64,000 nucleotides of DNA from the IMG/VR virus record IMGVR_UViG_3300038696_000126, positions 7,691-71,690 of that record. One strand, 5' to 3'. The stretch's first letter is position 1. Each line of letters starts with the position of its first letter. The stretch comes from a virus. The position numbers and the translations under genes are program-made. The notes below the pieces were generated by a model. The model did not search any database. It saw nothing but the letters and a program-made list of their open reading frames with translations, and was not told the origin of the DNA. Shown here piece after piece: positions 1 to 10,135 of this stretch.

Positions 1-417
1 CTCGCGTATATCCTTTTCTTTGTGCTGACCTGTTATTTTTAGGCCAGCGACTTCCTTCTCCTCCGCTTGCATAGGCTCTATAAACATATAGTCATATACA
101 GGGGTAAAAGGAGTTGTTTCATTCTCATAAGCGTAAACAGTTGGGTCTGAGGGTCTGTCAAACACTGCGTAGTAGTCTCCCCCCATTACGGTCTTTTGAT
201 TGTGTATAATGTTGTGGTGGAAGTACACGTAATCCCCTTTAGTAATCGGGGTCGTTGTTGTAGTCGGTGCTGCTAGTACCTTACCTTTAGGTATTCTATG
301 CTTCACAGGATTAAACTTAGGGTCTAAGAATAGCTCTATATCCCCGCACATTATAGTATCCTTTAACGTCTTAGGTAAGTGTAAGACAAAGCAACTGATT
401 GACTCCTTAAACTCCAT
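1..417 (-). CDS. GroES-like (chaperonin-10 fold) protein, probably tandem-domain; truncated by the window edge
   Basis: Not in the ORF track. Manual translation from ATG 417 gives MEFKESISCFVLHLPKTLKDT...GKVLAAP...KGDYVYFHHN...PVYDYMFIEP, resembling phage GroES-like proteins. Overlaps the stop of the upstream ORF. Confidence 0.55.
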   Translation of the reverse strand, partial: MEFKESISCFVLHLPKTLKDTIMCGDIELFLDPKFNPVKHRIPKGKVLAAPTTTTTPITKGDYVYFHHNIIHNQKTVMGGDYYAVFDRPSDPTVYAYENETTPFTPVYDYMFIEPMQAEEKEVAGLKITGQHKEKDIRE

Positions 418-682
418 ATGCTAGTATATCAGATTCACGAATAATCATTTCATTCTTGGTGAACAGTTCACTATCTTCAAGAGTCTCCTTGAGCTTAGGG
501 TCAAACATAACCGTCATTCCCACCTCCGCATCTTCACAATCAGCAGCACAGTGTAGGATTATTGATGTAGGATACTTATCTTGCTTCTTATTAACAGTTT
601 CAAGCAACCCGAATTTGGTCGTCTTTTCTTTAATTTCAGGCGTGGCTATAATAACCCGCTGATTGGTGAGTGTAATCGACAT
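407..682 (-). CDS. GroES-like co-chaperonin
   Basis: 91 aa with the Cpn10 pattern: NQRVII..E.KTTKFGLL, VGMTVMF, IIRESDILAY. Confidence 0.7.
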   Translation of the reverse strand: MSITLTNQRVIIATPEIKEKTTKFGLLETVNKKQDKYPTSIILHCAADCEDAEVGMTVMFDPKLKETLEDSELFTKNEMIIRESDILAYGV

Positions 683-846
683 AATTTAATATAGAATTAA
701 CATTAACTTAACACAAAGTTACGAAACCTTAACTACGTTTGCTGAAACGAATAACAATTAGACATTATGGAAGAAAAAAAAATAGAAAGGCTAGGAAGAG
801 AAAGAAGAAGAATAAAAAGACACATCGTTAATTTTAAACAAACATT

Positions 847-1044
847 ATGATAAAAGTAAAATTTTCTAAAGAGCAGATAGATTTATTAAATACGGGTACA
901 ATAGTAACCACAGCAAGCGGTGAAACTTACAGATACTTGCCATACTGGTTTAGAGAAACTAATGAAGAAGGCGTTTATGAATTATTTACGTTTGAGAAAC
1001 TAACTGATGAGTTAATAGAAACTATCAAGGATATACGAAAGTAG
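847..1044 (+). CDS. hypothetical protein
   Basis: 65 aa ORF with AT-rich leader, downstream of the TACGTTTG promoter at 734. Confidence 0.7.
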   Translation: MIKVKFSKEQIDLLNTGTIVTTASGETYRYLPYWFRETNEEGVYELFTFEKLTDELIETIKDIRK

Positions 1045-1082
1045 AGATAGAGAATATAGAGTTTAATATTTAAACAAACATT

Positions 1083-1541
1083 ATGATAAAAGAAACAGCA
1101 TTAACATTTTTAGAGTTCTGCGTTCAGCAAGGACTTAAGTTCGACTACGACAATGTAGATAACGCAGGTGAAGAGTATCACCAATACCGCACCTCATGGC
1201 TACCCGTTATAGAGTTAGGCGGTTTAGCAGGTAATGAGATTAAGAACCAGCTGTGGACTCAGGTTGAGGTAGGTGATAACACAACGCGGTATGAGTTTAA
1301 CTGCGACTACAAAGGCAAACCCCTTTACATTGATATGGATATAACCTACTCTGCTATTAATGTCTCAAATGAAGATGGAAATAGGGACACACCACCAACA
1401 AGCACCTTGCACTACATAATAGAAAAAGTAGAGGTTATGGATGTTGTAAAAGACGGTGATAATTTTGAATTGCCTGAGTATTTGTGCAAAGACTTTGAAG
1501 ACGAAGTAATGAATAACAACACTAATAAAGTTCAACTGTAA
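1083..1541 (+). CDS. hypothetical protein
   Basis: 152 aa ORF; leader shared with the ORF at 847. Confidence 0.75.
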   Translation: MIKETALTFLEFCVQQGLKFDYDNVDNAGEEYHQYRTSWLPVIELGGLAGNEIKNQLWTQVEVGDNTTRYEFNCDYKGKPLYIDMDITYSAINVSNEDGNRDTPPTSTLHYIIEKVEVMDVVKDGDNFELPEYLCKDFEDEVMNNNTNKVQL

Positions 1542-1831
1542 TGGAGGCTATACTAGAGAAAGCAATTAGACCCTTTAACGAAAGTGAGGTTGCGGGATTT
1601 CAGTTACCGTTTAAAATGAACAGGATTGACGGTCAATTAAAATACCTGCTAGAGATAACAGATGATATTGAGCGTAAGATAAAGGAGAGGGGTAGGTGCA
1701 TAGAACGCATACACTCCTTTGAGGGTACGTTCCCTAACAATAGGTCAGCCTTGGTTGAGGAGATAAAGCTGATAGATAAGACTATTGTCGGTTTAAGCAA
1801 ACACTACAAGCTTGTGAAAAGTAAGTTATGA
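1541..1831 (+). CDS. hypothetical protein
   Basis: Overlapping stop/start (translational coupling). Confidence 0.7.
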   Translation: MEAILEKAIRPFNESEVAGFQLPFKMNRIDGQLKYLLEITDDIERKIKERGRCIERIHSFEGTFPNNRSALVEEIKLIDKTIVGLSKHYKLVKSKL

Positions 1832-2097
1832 AGAAAAGAGCTAGAGCAATAAACTGTGAGTGCATAGAACGCTCCACAAGACATCCTGACTACCATAAGT
1901 ACATCATAACATACCTCAATAGTAGAGGCATCAGTAGAACCGCCCCTGCGTATGGTAAGGACATGGAGGAAGCTTTACGTAAGGTTAGGATAGAACTGAA
2001 TAAGAAGAGAAGAAAAGACTACACCGCGTACATCTTAATTTTAATAATAATTACTCTAATATGTACGGTGGCACTACTGTTTAAGGATTACTTGTAG
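1828..2097 (+). CDS. hypothetical membrane-anchored protein
   Basis: ATGA overlap; C-terminal hydrophobic helix. Confidence 0.7.
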   Translation: MKKRARAINCECIERSTRHPDYHKYIITYLNSRGISRTAPAYGKDMEEALRKVRIELNKKRRKDYTAYILILIIITLICTVALLFKDYL

Positions 2098-2186
2098 TGA
2101 GCAGTATGAACAAAATAACTATATAGGTAATTTAAAACAAACTTTTATCTGTAACATCATAATAATCAATTAATTAGGCAAATCTT

Positions 2187-2226
2187 TGTAGCCTGTGGCG
2201 ATACTTTGTGTAGCTTGTGGCGATAC
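2187..2226 (+). repeat. 18-bp direct repeat, 22-bp period (TGTAGCYTGTGGCGATAC x2); iteron/operator-like
   Basis: Copies at 2187-2204 and 2209-2226 in an AT-rich gap upstream of the RepL-like gene. Confidence 0.7.
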
Positions 2227-2264
2227 AATGGTAATATAATAATTAATATATTTTACGTATCTTT

Positions 2265-2843
2265 ATGCATATACCTTATGTACCAAAAAAATATCGTAAA
2301 ATGAGTAAAACAACTATGGTAAAATACGTAAAGAAAGTAGATATACTTGATAAAATAGGCTATCCTAGATTTGCTAGTAAGAAAGTTTCTATAACGGCAA
2401 CCAAGCGGTATCACAGTACACTAATGCTTATGTTTGCTCTGCCTGAATGCGCTAGAAACCTCATGGACTACCTTATGGAAAAAATGACTGATGAGAATAT
2501 AGTTCATTCAAATCAGTTTACTAGAGATAGTTTTAATAATAACATCTACGCAGCGTGGTTGGAGTACTTTAAGGCTGACTGTCAAAAAGAAGGCTCTGTT
2601 AATTTTAAAATAGACCCCACGAAACTAGCAGCTAAGAAAAAATATTCTGACGTAACAATTAGAAAAGCTTTTGGCACACTTAGGGGTAAGGGTTTAATAC
2701 TATCTCAGACTAGGGGTGTCTTTATGGTTAATCCTGAATACTTCTTTAAGAAAAGCGAAGCAAGTAGATTAGATAAGGTTAAAATGTACTTAGAGTTTGA
2801 GAACGGTGTGGACATAATAAAAATGAAAACAGAAGGATTGTAG
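2265..2843 (+). CDS. RepL-like winged-helix replication/maintenance protein
   Basis: C-terminal TIRKAFGTLRGKGLI...RGVFMVNPEYFFK resembles the RepL-family wHTH motif. Confidence 0.55.
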   Translation: MHIPYVPKKYRKMSKTTMVKYVKKVDILDKIGYPRFASKKVSITATKRYHSTLMLMFALPECARNLMDYLMEKMTDENIVHSNQFTRDSFNNNIYAAWLEYFKADCQKEGSVNFKIDPTKLAAKKKYSDVTIRKAFGTLRGKGLILSQTRGVFMVNPEYFFKKSEASRLDKVKMYLEFENGVDIIKMKTEGL

Positions 2844-2973
2844 ATATGAAAGTAAACAATATAAAAACTATCTTATGACTCACGTAATAATTATGACAAA
2901 CGAAGAGGTGACTATTGTAAACAGCTACATATCTTGGCGTAACAATGATGAGGTGTGCGAGTGTGTAAACCTA

Positions 2974-3001
2974 GCGGGTAGAAGTCAATTCCTCTACCCG
3001 C
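2974..3001. terminator. Hairpin between convergent genes
   Basis: GCGGGTAGA-N10-TCTACCCGC. Confidence 0.5.
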
Positions 3002-3016
3002 ATGAATTGAGGCTTA

Positions 3017-6000
3017 TTAATTAGTAGTTGTTTTGTTACTTATAGTGAACGTTCCTGAGCCGCCTCCTGAGCCTCCAAAGGGCTTGGGACTTCTAGGGCC
3101 GTACATCTTTTCAAACTCTTTACTGAATACCTGAGATTTACCCATACGACCTAATTTTGCTATATCATTAGGTAGTATGATGTCTGTATTTTCCATTATA
3201 GATAAAACAATTAAAGCTTTCTTCTCTTTTTTAGTTAGCTTTATATCAATTTCATTGCCAGTGCGAGTTTTATAAACGTAATCCTCATCACTATTGTAAG
3301 CTGATACAGCTTCGGTTAGTTCTTTTGTATCGGTTATGTGATTTTTTAAACCGATGCTAAACATACCAAACCCACCTCTATCTTCGTATATAGGTATAAG
3401 GGGCTTGTCTTTCATAAACTTTTCAAAACCTCTGTCAGCTATTTTCTGCAACTCTCTCTGACCTTTGTTTGACTCAGACAATTTTTTAGCTTTTGCTTTA
3501 CTTAGCCTAGTATAATCATCTCGCTCGTCATCACTCATCACTTCGTAAAAGTAAAGCTTGTTAAACTGAACAGCTAGTGTGTTCCCCATATAACCATCCG
3601 TGCCAGTCATAGTTACTAGCGTTATAAATGCCTCTGCTAACACCGCCATGCCTTCTTTTCTTACATCAAACTCCTCCTCATCATCATCTTTTAGAGCAAT
3701 GCCCAACAATCCTAATACACCACCTGCTGCGGCAGCGTAAGCACTGTATAGAGCTTTCTTAACCATAACAAACACAACGTTCTCACCGAAAACCGCAGCT
3801 ATTCTTCTGCTAGATTCCATCTTAGCACCTTTTGTTCCAAACAATTTAGCCGCTTGAATAAAGGTGTTAACCGACTGACTAATAACAAAGGAAACAAAAG
3901 GAGCAAACGCCCTTCTTACTGCTCCCGCGTACTTAGGCCCAACATCTTGACTTCTTGATGACAACCAAATAGCTTGAGTATCTATGTCATTTACGTTTTG
4001 GGTGTTGCTTACCATTAACTCAGCATAGGCCGCTGCTGATTTATTAGGGGATTTTGATTCAACATCCCATCCCTTGAAGCTATCTCCTTTTTGCTGCTTG
4101 TAATAGGCCATCCAAGCTACTTGAGCAGCGTATTCATCACCTTTTTGAAGTGAAGCCATCATTATTTTTTCAGCCGCGTTGTCTGTAATTTGAAAAGCTT
4201 TGACTATCTTACCTATCATTGACTTTCTAGCTGCTTCGGGTATTTGCGAGTAGACCTTTCGGCTATCTTGGTCTACAAATGAACGCCTCTTAACGGGGCT
4301 ATCTTTAAACACCTCAGAAAACTTCCCTACATTCATTGCCGCATCGAGCATAGCGGTTGGGGATGTTAGTATTGCTGCACCCGTCATAACGGATATGGAT
4401 TGTTTCAACCCTTGGTCTAGCCCACCTAAAGCAACCTTACCCGAAACTCCACTTAATACGTTGAGAACCTGAAACACATCATTCTCTAAATCACCTAGAA
4501 AAGTCTTAGGGTAAGATGCGTTAACGTATTCCTTGGCTCTATTTAGTGCGGTTGTTAGTAAATTACCACTGCCAAAAACATCAAGAGTTTTAGGGTTTCT
4601 AAAAAAAGCAGCCACCGTCTTTACATCAAAGGAAGTTTCAATATCCATTAACTGACGTTCCATTTGAGAAAACATATTTTTCTCAAACTCAAAAGTCATG
4701 TACCTGTTTTTTGAATTAAATAGATTCTTACGCTTGTTGGTCGAGCCACTTCGGTTTGGGATTATAATCTTATCCAATAGGCTTGATGGATTTTCTAAGC
4801 TATCTTCATCTTTTTTATTTTCCAGCTTTGCCCTTGAAACAAAAGGCAGATACGTTCCGCTTGGGGCTGTTTCCTCTAACGTTCTGTTGTGGTTTATTTC
4901 CGCGTTCTCAAAGTATTCAGATTTTTGCTCACCAAATCTTTTTCTAAACCAATCAACCACCTCTGTATTTCTTTTTGATAGTCCAACAGATTTTATAGAT
5001 TTAGAATCTTTATACTTAGAGTCAAATAACTCCCTATACACCTTGCCTTTAGAACCACTTTCTTTACCTGCCTTCCCATCCTCATAATAACCAATGGAAC
5101 TACTTATGTAGTCCAAAGCATCTTGATATGAATCTTGAGGTACTTGCGATAAGAAGCCGTAAATAGCCCTATCAGCTATATCTTTAGTTTCGGTTATTTC
5201 TTTGTAAACAAATCCAAGCTTACCTTTAATATTATCACCTCTAAACTTTTTTGTAAATTGCTGCATCGCTTCGGACAATCTATTTTGGGCACGAACTTTT
5301 CCGCTACCAAATTGATAAAGACCTGACCCTTCATATATAGCCGAACCTAGTTTCTGACTACCACCGATAGCCTCAAACAATTGCGTTATACTAAGCGCAC
5401 CCTGAGCAAACCCACCGACAGCTTCAACCCACTTTTTAACACTAGACTTAGTTCCCTTTGAAGATTCACCAATTATGTCAAGGCCATTTACAGCGGCAAT
5501 CTTAGATGTTATGCTACCCATATTGTTTAGCTTACCGTTGTTGATTAGGTTCTCTAAATAAAGGTACAGTTCGGCTAAGTCCTGTGCTGTAAGTTCTTCT
5601 AGCTTTGCAGATTTAATTATACTAACCTGCTGCCTTGCCACGGCTGAGAAATCACTATCATCAACTAATCCTTTTTGGTCTTGTTTTTTGTCAGGCTTAC
5701 CGCGCTTGTCTTTTCCCTCAGTTCCAAAAGCTTCTATTATCTTATACTTAACTAGATTTTCAAAAGCTTTCTTTTTAGCCGAACTAACCTCCTTCAAAGG
5801 TGTGTCGGTTTTCTCTTGTTCGTAGATGGCTTTTATTACGTCTTGAATTTCCGTAGCTGTCATGGAAGCATCAACAACACCAGCGTCTTTTAGATAGCTA
5901 AAATCATCTAGCAAAGACTGCTTCAAATCTTTTTCGTTCATGTAGTTGTATTTATCTACATAATTCTTTTGAATACCGTCTATTGCTTCTTTATCGTAAA

Positions 6001-9000
6001 CAACCACCTCACCATCTTTAAAAGAAGGCTTCTTAGTCATGTTCAAAATATCATTAGCGTTCTTAATGTAAGCATCAATATCATCAACTTTACTAGGCTT
6101 TATTTTTGAAAAATCAGCCATGAAAGCAGTTATGTTTGAAGGGTATCCTTTTTGCTTAGACCTAGATAATAGCTTAGACTTTAAGCCATCAGCTTTTTGT
6201 AGCTTTTCAGCATACTTACCATCAGCCATTATTTTTTCAGCAACTCTTTCAAATCTTTTTAACTGAGATGGTGTTACAACTCCTTTCGCTGCATTCGCTA
6301 ATTGAGATAGCTGCGCTTTATTAAAGATTCCGCTAGCGTTCTCGTCTAACACCTTCTTAATTCTTTCTGCAAAGTCTTTTATACTAGCGCGTTCTTGCCT
6401 AGCGCCTTCCTTAGCACCCCGATTAGAATCCTTTTCAGCGAGAGATAGTAATTGCTTAGTTGTAAACCCCTTTTTAGGCGATGGTTTTACCCCTAATATT
6501 TTATTTACAGATGGTGATTTCTTACCCTTATCCAATAAAGGAGTTATAAGCTTATCGTACTTGTCATATATAACGTCAAACTTCTTTTTATCAGTGTCGG
6601 TTAGTTTTTCTCTATCTACCTTACCGTCTGTTTTACTATCCTCTATATTGGGTATAGCATCTGATAATTCCTTTTGCTCTGCTGCTCTTAGTTCTTTTAC
6701 AGTGGTTGGTTTTTTTGCATCGGGCTTAGGTGATGGTGTGGTTTTCTTAAACCTGCTAATTATGTACCTCTTAAAGTCATTCTCATTAACAGAGTAGCCC
6801 TGTGCTTTTATGTGTTTAATGCCATCTTGAATAGCATCGGATAATGATTCTTTAGCAATGTAAGCTGCCTTAACAATTTTAGCGGAAGAGTTTAGTATAA
6901 ATAGCGGTAGACCTAGTGTAGCATCAAACGCACGACCTTTAGCTGAGGTACTATCAATAATCTTATCTAAAAACGCAAGCAACTTATCATCTTGCTCCTT
7001 TTTAAAATCGTCAGACAATGACTGAGCATCAGCTAATCGTTTACTATCTCTCCCTTCCTTTAGTGTTTTGTACTCACTCACCGCAGCTTTCCTAGCAGCC
7101 TCGTCTTTTATACCAACATATTTTCCATTAGCGTTTTTTTGTGACACAGAGTAAGTTCCGTCAGGCTTCTCTCTAACGGCCATCTCCTTATCACCAACCT
7201 TAAACAATAGTCGTTCTCCCTTGGATTCCTTAACCGCCTGTGTAAGCAGTTCTTCTTCAACCTTAGCCACATCCTCTTTTGCCTTGCGTTCTAATTCGTC
7301 AAATTGCTTTTGATTCATAGCCTCAATTTTAGCTTTTTCAGCTTCCTTGGCGGCTCTGTTATCTTCTTTAATAGGTTTTTTCTTAGGGATTTTCTCCTTA
7401 CCTTCTGTTTTTAGCGCAACAGGTTTTGGGCCTTTCTTACTTTCGTCTCTAAGGGCTACGTCTTTTAATATCCTTTCTGCCTTATCACCTGAAATCCTTC
7501 TATTAAGACCCGTAGAAACTTCTTTAACACGAACAACTGCCTTACCTTTTTTATCTTTAGCACGACCTTGGTAAGTGTATTCCACCCCATCTACCGAAAC
7601 AATATCTGATTTAGAATCCTTTGGGTTTACATTAACGCCTTCGGGTGGGTTTAAAGACAATCCATTATCAGCAATAAAGTTATCACCTACATCGTCCTTA
7701 TTCCCTAACACATATGTTTTATCGTTTGTCTCAAAAACAATAGTGTTTTCATTCTCATCGTCAATCTTAATCATTCCTTCCTCGCCATCACGATATGCCT
7801 TCTCACCAATATTCTGAGTAAGTGTACCCTCCTCCTCTTGCGCTGCAATCTCTGATTCGACCTGAGAAATATCATCCTCTGAGAACTCAATAATCTCATC
7901 ATCCATCGCCTCGTCCTTGGTTACGTCAGGGTCTTTATCTGATTGCGTTTCTGAGGATTGATTTGTGTATTTCTCTTCAATGGTAGTGGCTCTATTCAAA
8001 GCCTCTTGCATTTGACCTTTAATTATCTCCGCTGCCTTGCCTTCTTTATTCTCTAAATCGTTGTATTTTTTTTGTAAAAGGTTTATTTCACCCACACCAT
8101 TCATGTAGTCATCTAAATCCTCATCACTCATTTTAGCCGCCACCTTCTTTTGCCTGTTAACTGACTCGGTTTTAGCTGCATAAAGCTTTCTGATTTCGTC
8201 AGATAAAGCCTCTATTTCTACGGGGTCTTTAGAGTTAAGCGCCTCTTTTTTTAGTTCTTTTATTTGTTTATCAATCTTTTTTGTAGGGGTGTTATTTAAA
8301 CTGTAAGCCGCTAATTTAAGACCTCTTGGTAAACTAGCAACCGTTGATATTTGACCCGCGCTAAAGCCTCCTGACACCATTCCTTCGTTTGCAGAAGACA
8401 TAATTCCCTCAAGAGTTATTTGACCCCCCTTAGCAAATTGGTCGTTCATGTATTGTATAACAGAGGTTGTGCCTTCCGTTAAAGCCTCCTCACCAATATT
8501 TCTACCCGTCAAATTGGCTTGAGTTTTCAGAAAATCTCTTAGTGCTTTTTTTGCTGTTGCTGATTTTGCTCCACTTAGTAATGCTTGCTGAAAAGTTTTA
8601 CTTAAAATTTTTCCCGCAACCAATCCGTCAACGGACTCGGCAGCACCAAAAACAAATAAATACGCTCCCTTTTCAACGCCATTAAGTTCCTTAAACCAAT
8701 CTTCATCTACCACTGTTCCGTATTGCTGAGAAGCGCCCATGAGAGACATGGTTGCTATAGCTGCGGATGGATTTTTAGTTATTGCAGTTGCTACCGCTGC
8801 GGTAAGCATATAAGGAGAACTCTGAATGGTTGTTTGTATCCCTAAGTTTACGGCTGTATTATAGTTTCCCTTTTTAAGGTTGTCCACTATACCACCTTCT
8901 GCTCTTGTTATATACTTATCAAACTTTTTAAATTCTTCTTTTCTGTAAACTTTTAATCCCTCGGAATCAACACCCACTAAATCTGCCGTAGATAAAACCA

Positions 9001-10087
9001 AAGAAGTTGATATGTCAAAAAGAGACTTGTTAAATGTATTTAGGTTTGATGTGATAAAACCTTTGCTAGTTCCAACTCTTCCCTCTCCCGATAAATCTAA
9101 ATTAATGCTTGCGTCCAAAAACAACTCCTCCTCTATTTCATCTAGCCTTTCTGGTGTTCTATCTTCTTCGGGTAGAGATGCTAAAAAATCATCTTTAATA
9201 CCCTGTGTTAACTCATTAGCTAAATCCGTCTCCGCTTGATAAACTATTCCGTCCTTAAATCTAGCACCAGTTCCTAATTCGGAAATATTAACCTGAGTGT
9301 TGTCGGGTTGCGCGAATGGGCTAGATACAAAGCTAGGTAGACCAGTCTCGGATTGGACTGGTCTTTCTAAAAAACCTTCTGGCACACCCTCTAATTGCTC
9401 GTCAGCCTTTTTTTGCCCCAACTGCTTTGCGAAATCCTCAAAATCCAAGGCATCTACATCTTCTTTGGTAAAGTACCCCTCTTGAACATATTTATTTTTA
9501 AGTTCTTTTAGCTTTTTGCTTCTTATAGCGCCAAGCCTTTCAACTGGCTTTCCTTCGGTTATTAGCCTATCGTTGTATGTTTCAACAAAAGACTTCATCT
9601 CATAAAATCTCTTTAATGGGACTTCATTTGTATCTGACTTATAAAGATCTTGACCCCACTCCTTTTGATAAAAGTCTATTGAGTTTTTTAGTTTCTCTAA
9701 CGGAGCTGTTCTCGCCTCTTCTACTGTTTTTACATAGTCAGACTGTACCTGTTCTGACTCCAACAAAGAACCCTCTTGAACCGAAGTGGAGGGAGATGCC
9801 GTAGGCTCTTGTGCTTGTTCTTTTTTTTTTAATACGCCTTGCTCTACAAAAGAGTCAAACTTATCAGGGTATGCCTCACGTAAAGCCGTTTCTTTGTATG
9901 CTTTACCCTGATACTCATACATGGACTCAGCCTTACTAGGCTTTTCTTTTTTAGGCTCGGTATCACCTGATGATAAGGTTAGTACACCCTTTTCAACAAG
10001 CGCGTCAAAATCATTAGGGTACGCACCTCTTAAAGCTTTTTCGCTATAATCTTTTCCTTTGTATGTGTATTTTTTATCTTGTGGCAT
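3017..10087 (-). CDS. Large internal virion / DNA-ejection protein
   Basis: 2356 aa, helical, with a duplicated N-terminal YxGKxYxExALRxAYP module and glycine-rich hydrophobic segments; lies in the structural module. Confidence 0.6.
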   Translation of the reverse strand: MPQDKKYTYKGKDYSEKALRGAYPNDFDALVEKGVLTLSSGDTEPKKEKPSKAESMYEYQGKAYKETALREAYPDKFDSFVEQGVLKKKEQAQEPTASPSTSVQEGSLLESEQVQSDYVKTVEEARTAPLEKLKNSIDFYQKEWGQDLYKSDTNEVPLKRFYEMKSFVETYNDRLITEGKPVERLGAIRSKKLKELKNKYVQEGYFTKEDVDALDFEDFAKQLGQKKADEQLEGVPEGFLERPVQSETGLPSFVSSPFAQPDNTQVNISELGTGARFKDGIVYQAETDLANELTQGIKDDFLASLPEEDRTPERLDEIEEELFLDASINLDLSGEGRVGTSKGFITSNLNTFNKSLFDISTSLVLSTADLVGVDSEGLKVYRKEEFKKFDKYITRAEGGIVDNLKKGNYNTAVNLGIQTTIQSSPYMLTAAVATAITKNPSAAIATMSLMGASQQYGTVVDEDWFKELNGVEKGAYLFVFGAAESVDGLVAGKILSKTFQQALLSGAKSATAKKALRDFLKTQANLTGRNIGEEALTEGTTSVIQYMNDQFAKGGQITLEGIMSSANEGMVSGGFSAGQISTVASLPRGLKLAAYSLNNTPTKKIDKQIKELKKEALNSKDPVEIEALSDEIRKLYAAKTESVNRQKKVAAKMSDEDLDDYMNGVGEINLLQKKYNDLENKEGKAAEIIKGQMQEALNRATTIEEKYTNQSSETQSDKDPDVTKDEAMDDEIIEFSEDDISQVESEIAAQEEEGTLTQNIGEKAYRDGEEGMIKIDDENENTIVFETNDKTYVLGNKDDVGDNFIADNGLSLNPPEGVNVNPKDSKSDIVSVDGVEYTYQGRAKDKKGKAVVRVKEVSTGLNRRISGDKAERILKDVALRDESKKGPKPVALKTEGKEKIPKKKPIKEDNRAAKEAEKAKIEAMNQKQFDELERKAKEDVAKVEEELLTQAVKESKGERLLFKVGDKEMAVREKPDGTYSVSQKNANGKYVGIKDEAARKAAVSEYKTLKEGRDSKRLADAQSLSDDFKKEQDDKLLAFLDKIIDSTSAKGRAFDATLGLPLFILNSSAKIVKAAYIAKESLSDAIQDGIKHIKAQGYSVNENDFKRYIISRFKKTTPSPKPDAKKPTTVKELRAAEQKELSDAIPNIEDSKTDGKVDREKLTDTDKKKFDVIYDKYDKLITPLLDKGKKSPSVNKILGVKPSPKKGFTTKQLLSLAEKDSNRGAKEGARQERASIKDFAERIKKVLDENASGIFNKAQLSQLANAAKGVVTPSQLKRFERVAEKIMADGKYAEKLQKADGLKSKLLSRSKQKGYPSNITAFMADFSKIKPSKVDDIDAYIKNANDILNMTKKPSFKDGEVVVYDKEAIDGIQKNYVDKYNYMNEKDLKQSLLDDFSYLKDAGVVDASMTATEIQDVIKAIYEQEKTDTPLKEVSSAKKKAFENLVKYKIIEAFGTEGKDKRGKPDKKQDQKGLVDDSDFSAVARQQVSIIKSAKLEELTAQDLAELYLYLENLINNGKLNNMGSITSKIAAVNGLDIIGESSKGTKSSVKKWVEAVGGFAQGALSITQLFEAIGGSQKLGSAIYEGSGLYQFGSGKVRAQNRLSEAMQQFTKKFRGDNIKGKLGFVYKEITETKDIADRAIYGFLSQVPQDSYQDALDYISSSIGYYEDGKAGKESGSKGKVYRELFDSKYKDSKSIKSVGLSKRNTEVVDWFRKRFGEQKSEYFENAEINHNRTLEETAPSGTYLPFVSRAKLENKKDEDSLENPSSLLDKIIIPNRSGSTNKRKNLFNSKNRYMTFEFEKNMFSQMERQLMDIETSFDVKTVAAFFRNPKTLDVFGSGNLLTTALNRAKEYVNASYPKTFLGDLENDVFQVLNVLSGVSGKVALGGLDQGLKQSISVMTGAAILTSPTAMLDAAMNVGKFSEVFKDSPVKRRSFVDQDSRKVYSQIPEAARKSMIGKIVKAFQITDNAAEKIMMASLQKGDEYAAQVAWMAYYKQQKGDSFKGWDVESKSPNKSAAAYAELMVSNTQNVNDIDTQAIWLSSRSQDVGPKYAGAVRRAFAPFVSFVISQSVNTFIQAAKLFGTKGAKMESSRRIAAVFGENVVFVMVKKALYSAYAAAAGGVLGLLGIALKDDDEEEFDVRKEGMAVLAEAFITLVTMTGTDGYMGNTLAVQFNKLYFYEVMSDDERDDYTRLSKAKAKKLSESNKGQRELQKIADRGFEKFMKDKPLIPIYEDRGGFGMFSIGLKNHITDTKELTEAVSAYNSDEDYVYKTRTGNEIDIKLTKKEKKALIVLSIMENTDIILPNDIAKLGRMGKSQVFSKEFEKMYGPRSPKPFGGSGGGSGTFTISNKTTTN

Positions 10088-10135
10088 CTGCTGATTTTGG
10101 ATATTGAATATCTTTACTTATCTTATTAGGGGTGA

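Noticed and set aside
3017-10087. crAss-like virion RNA polymerase
   Set aside because: No DxDxD-type catalytic motif in a recognisable context was seen, so it is called only an ejection/internal protein.
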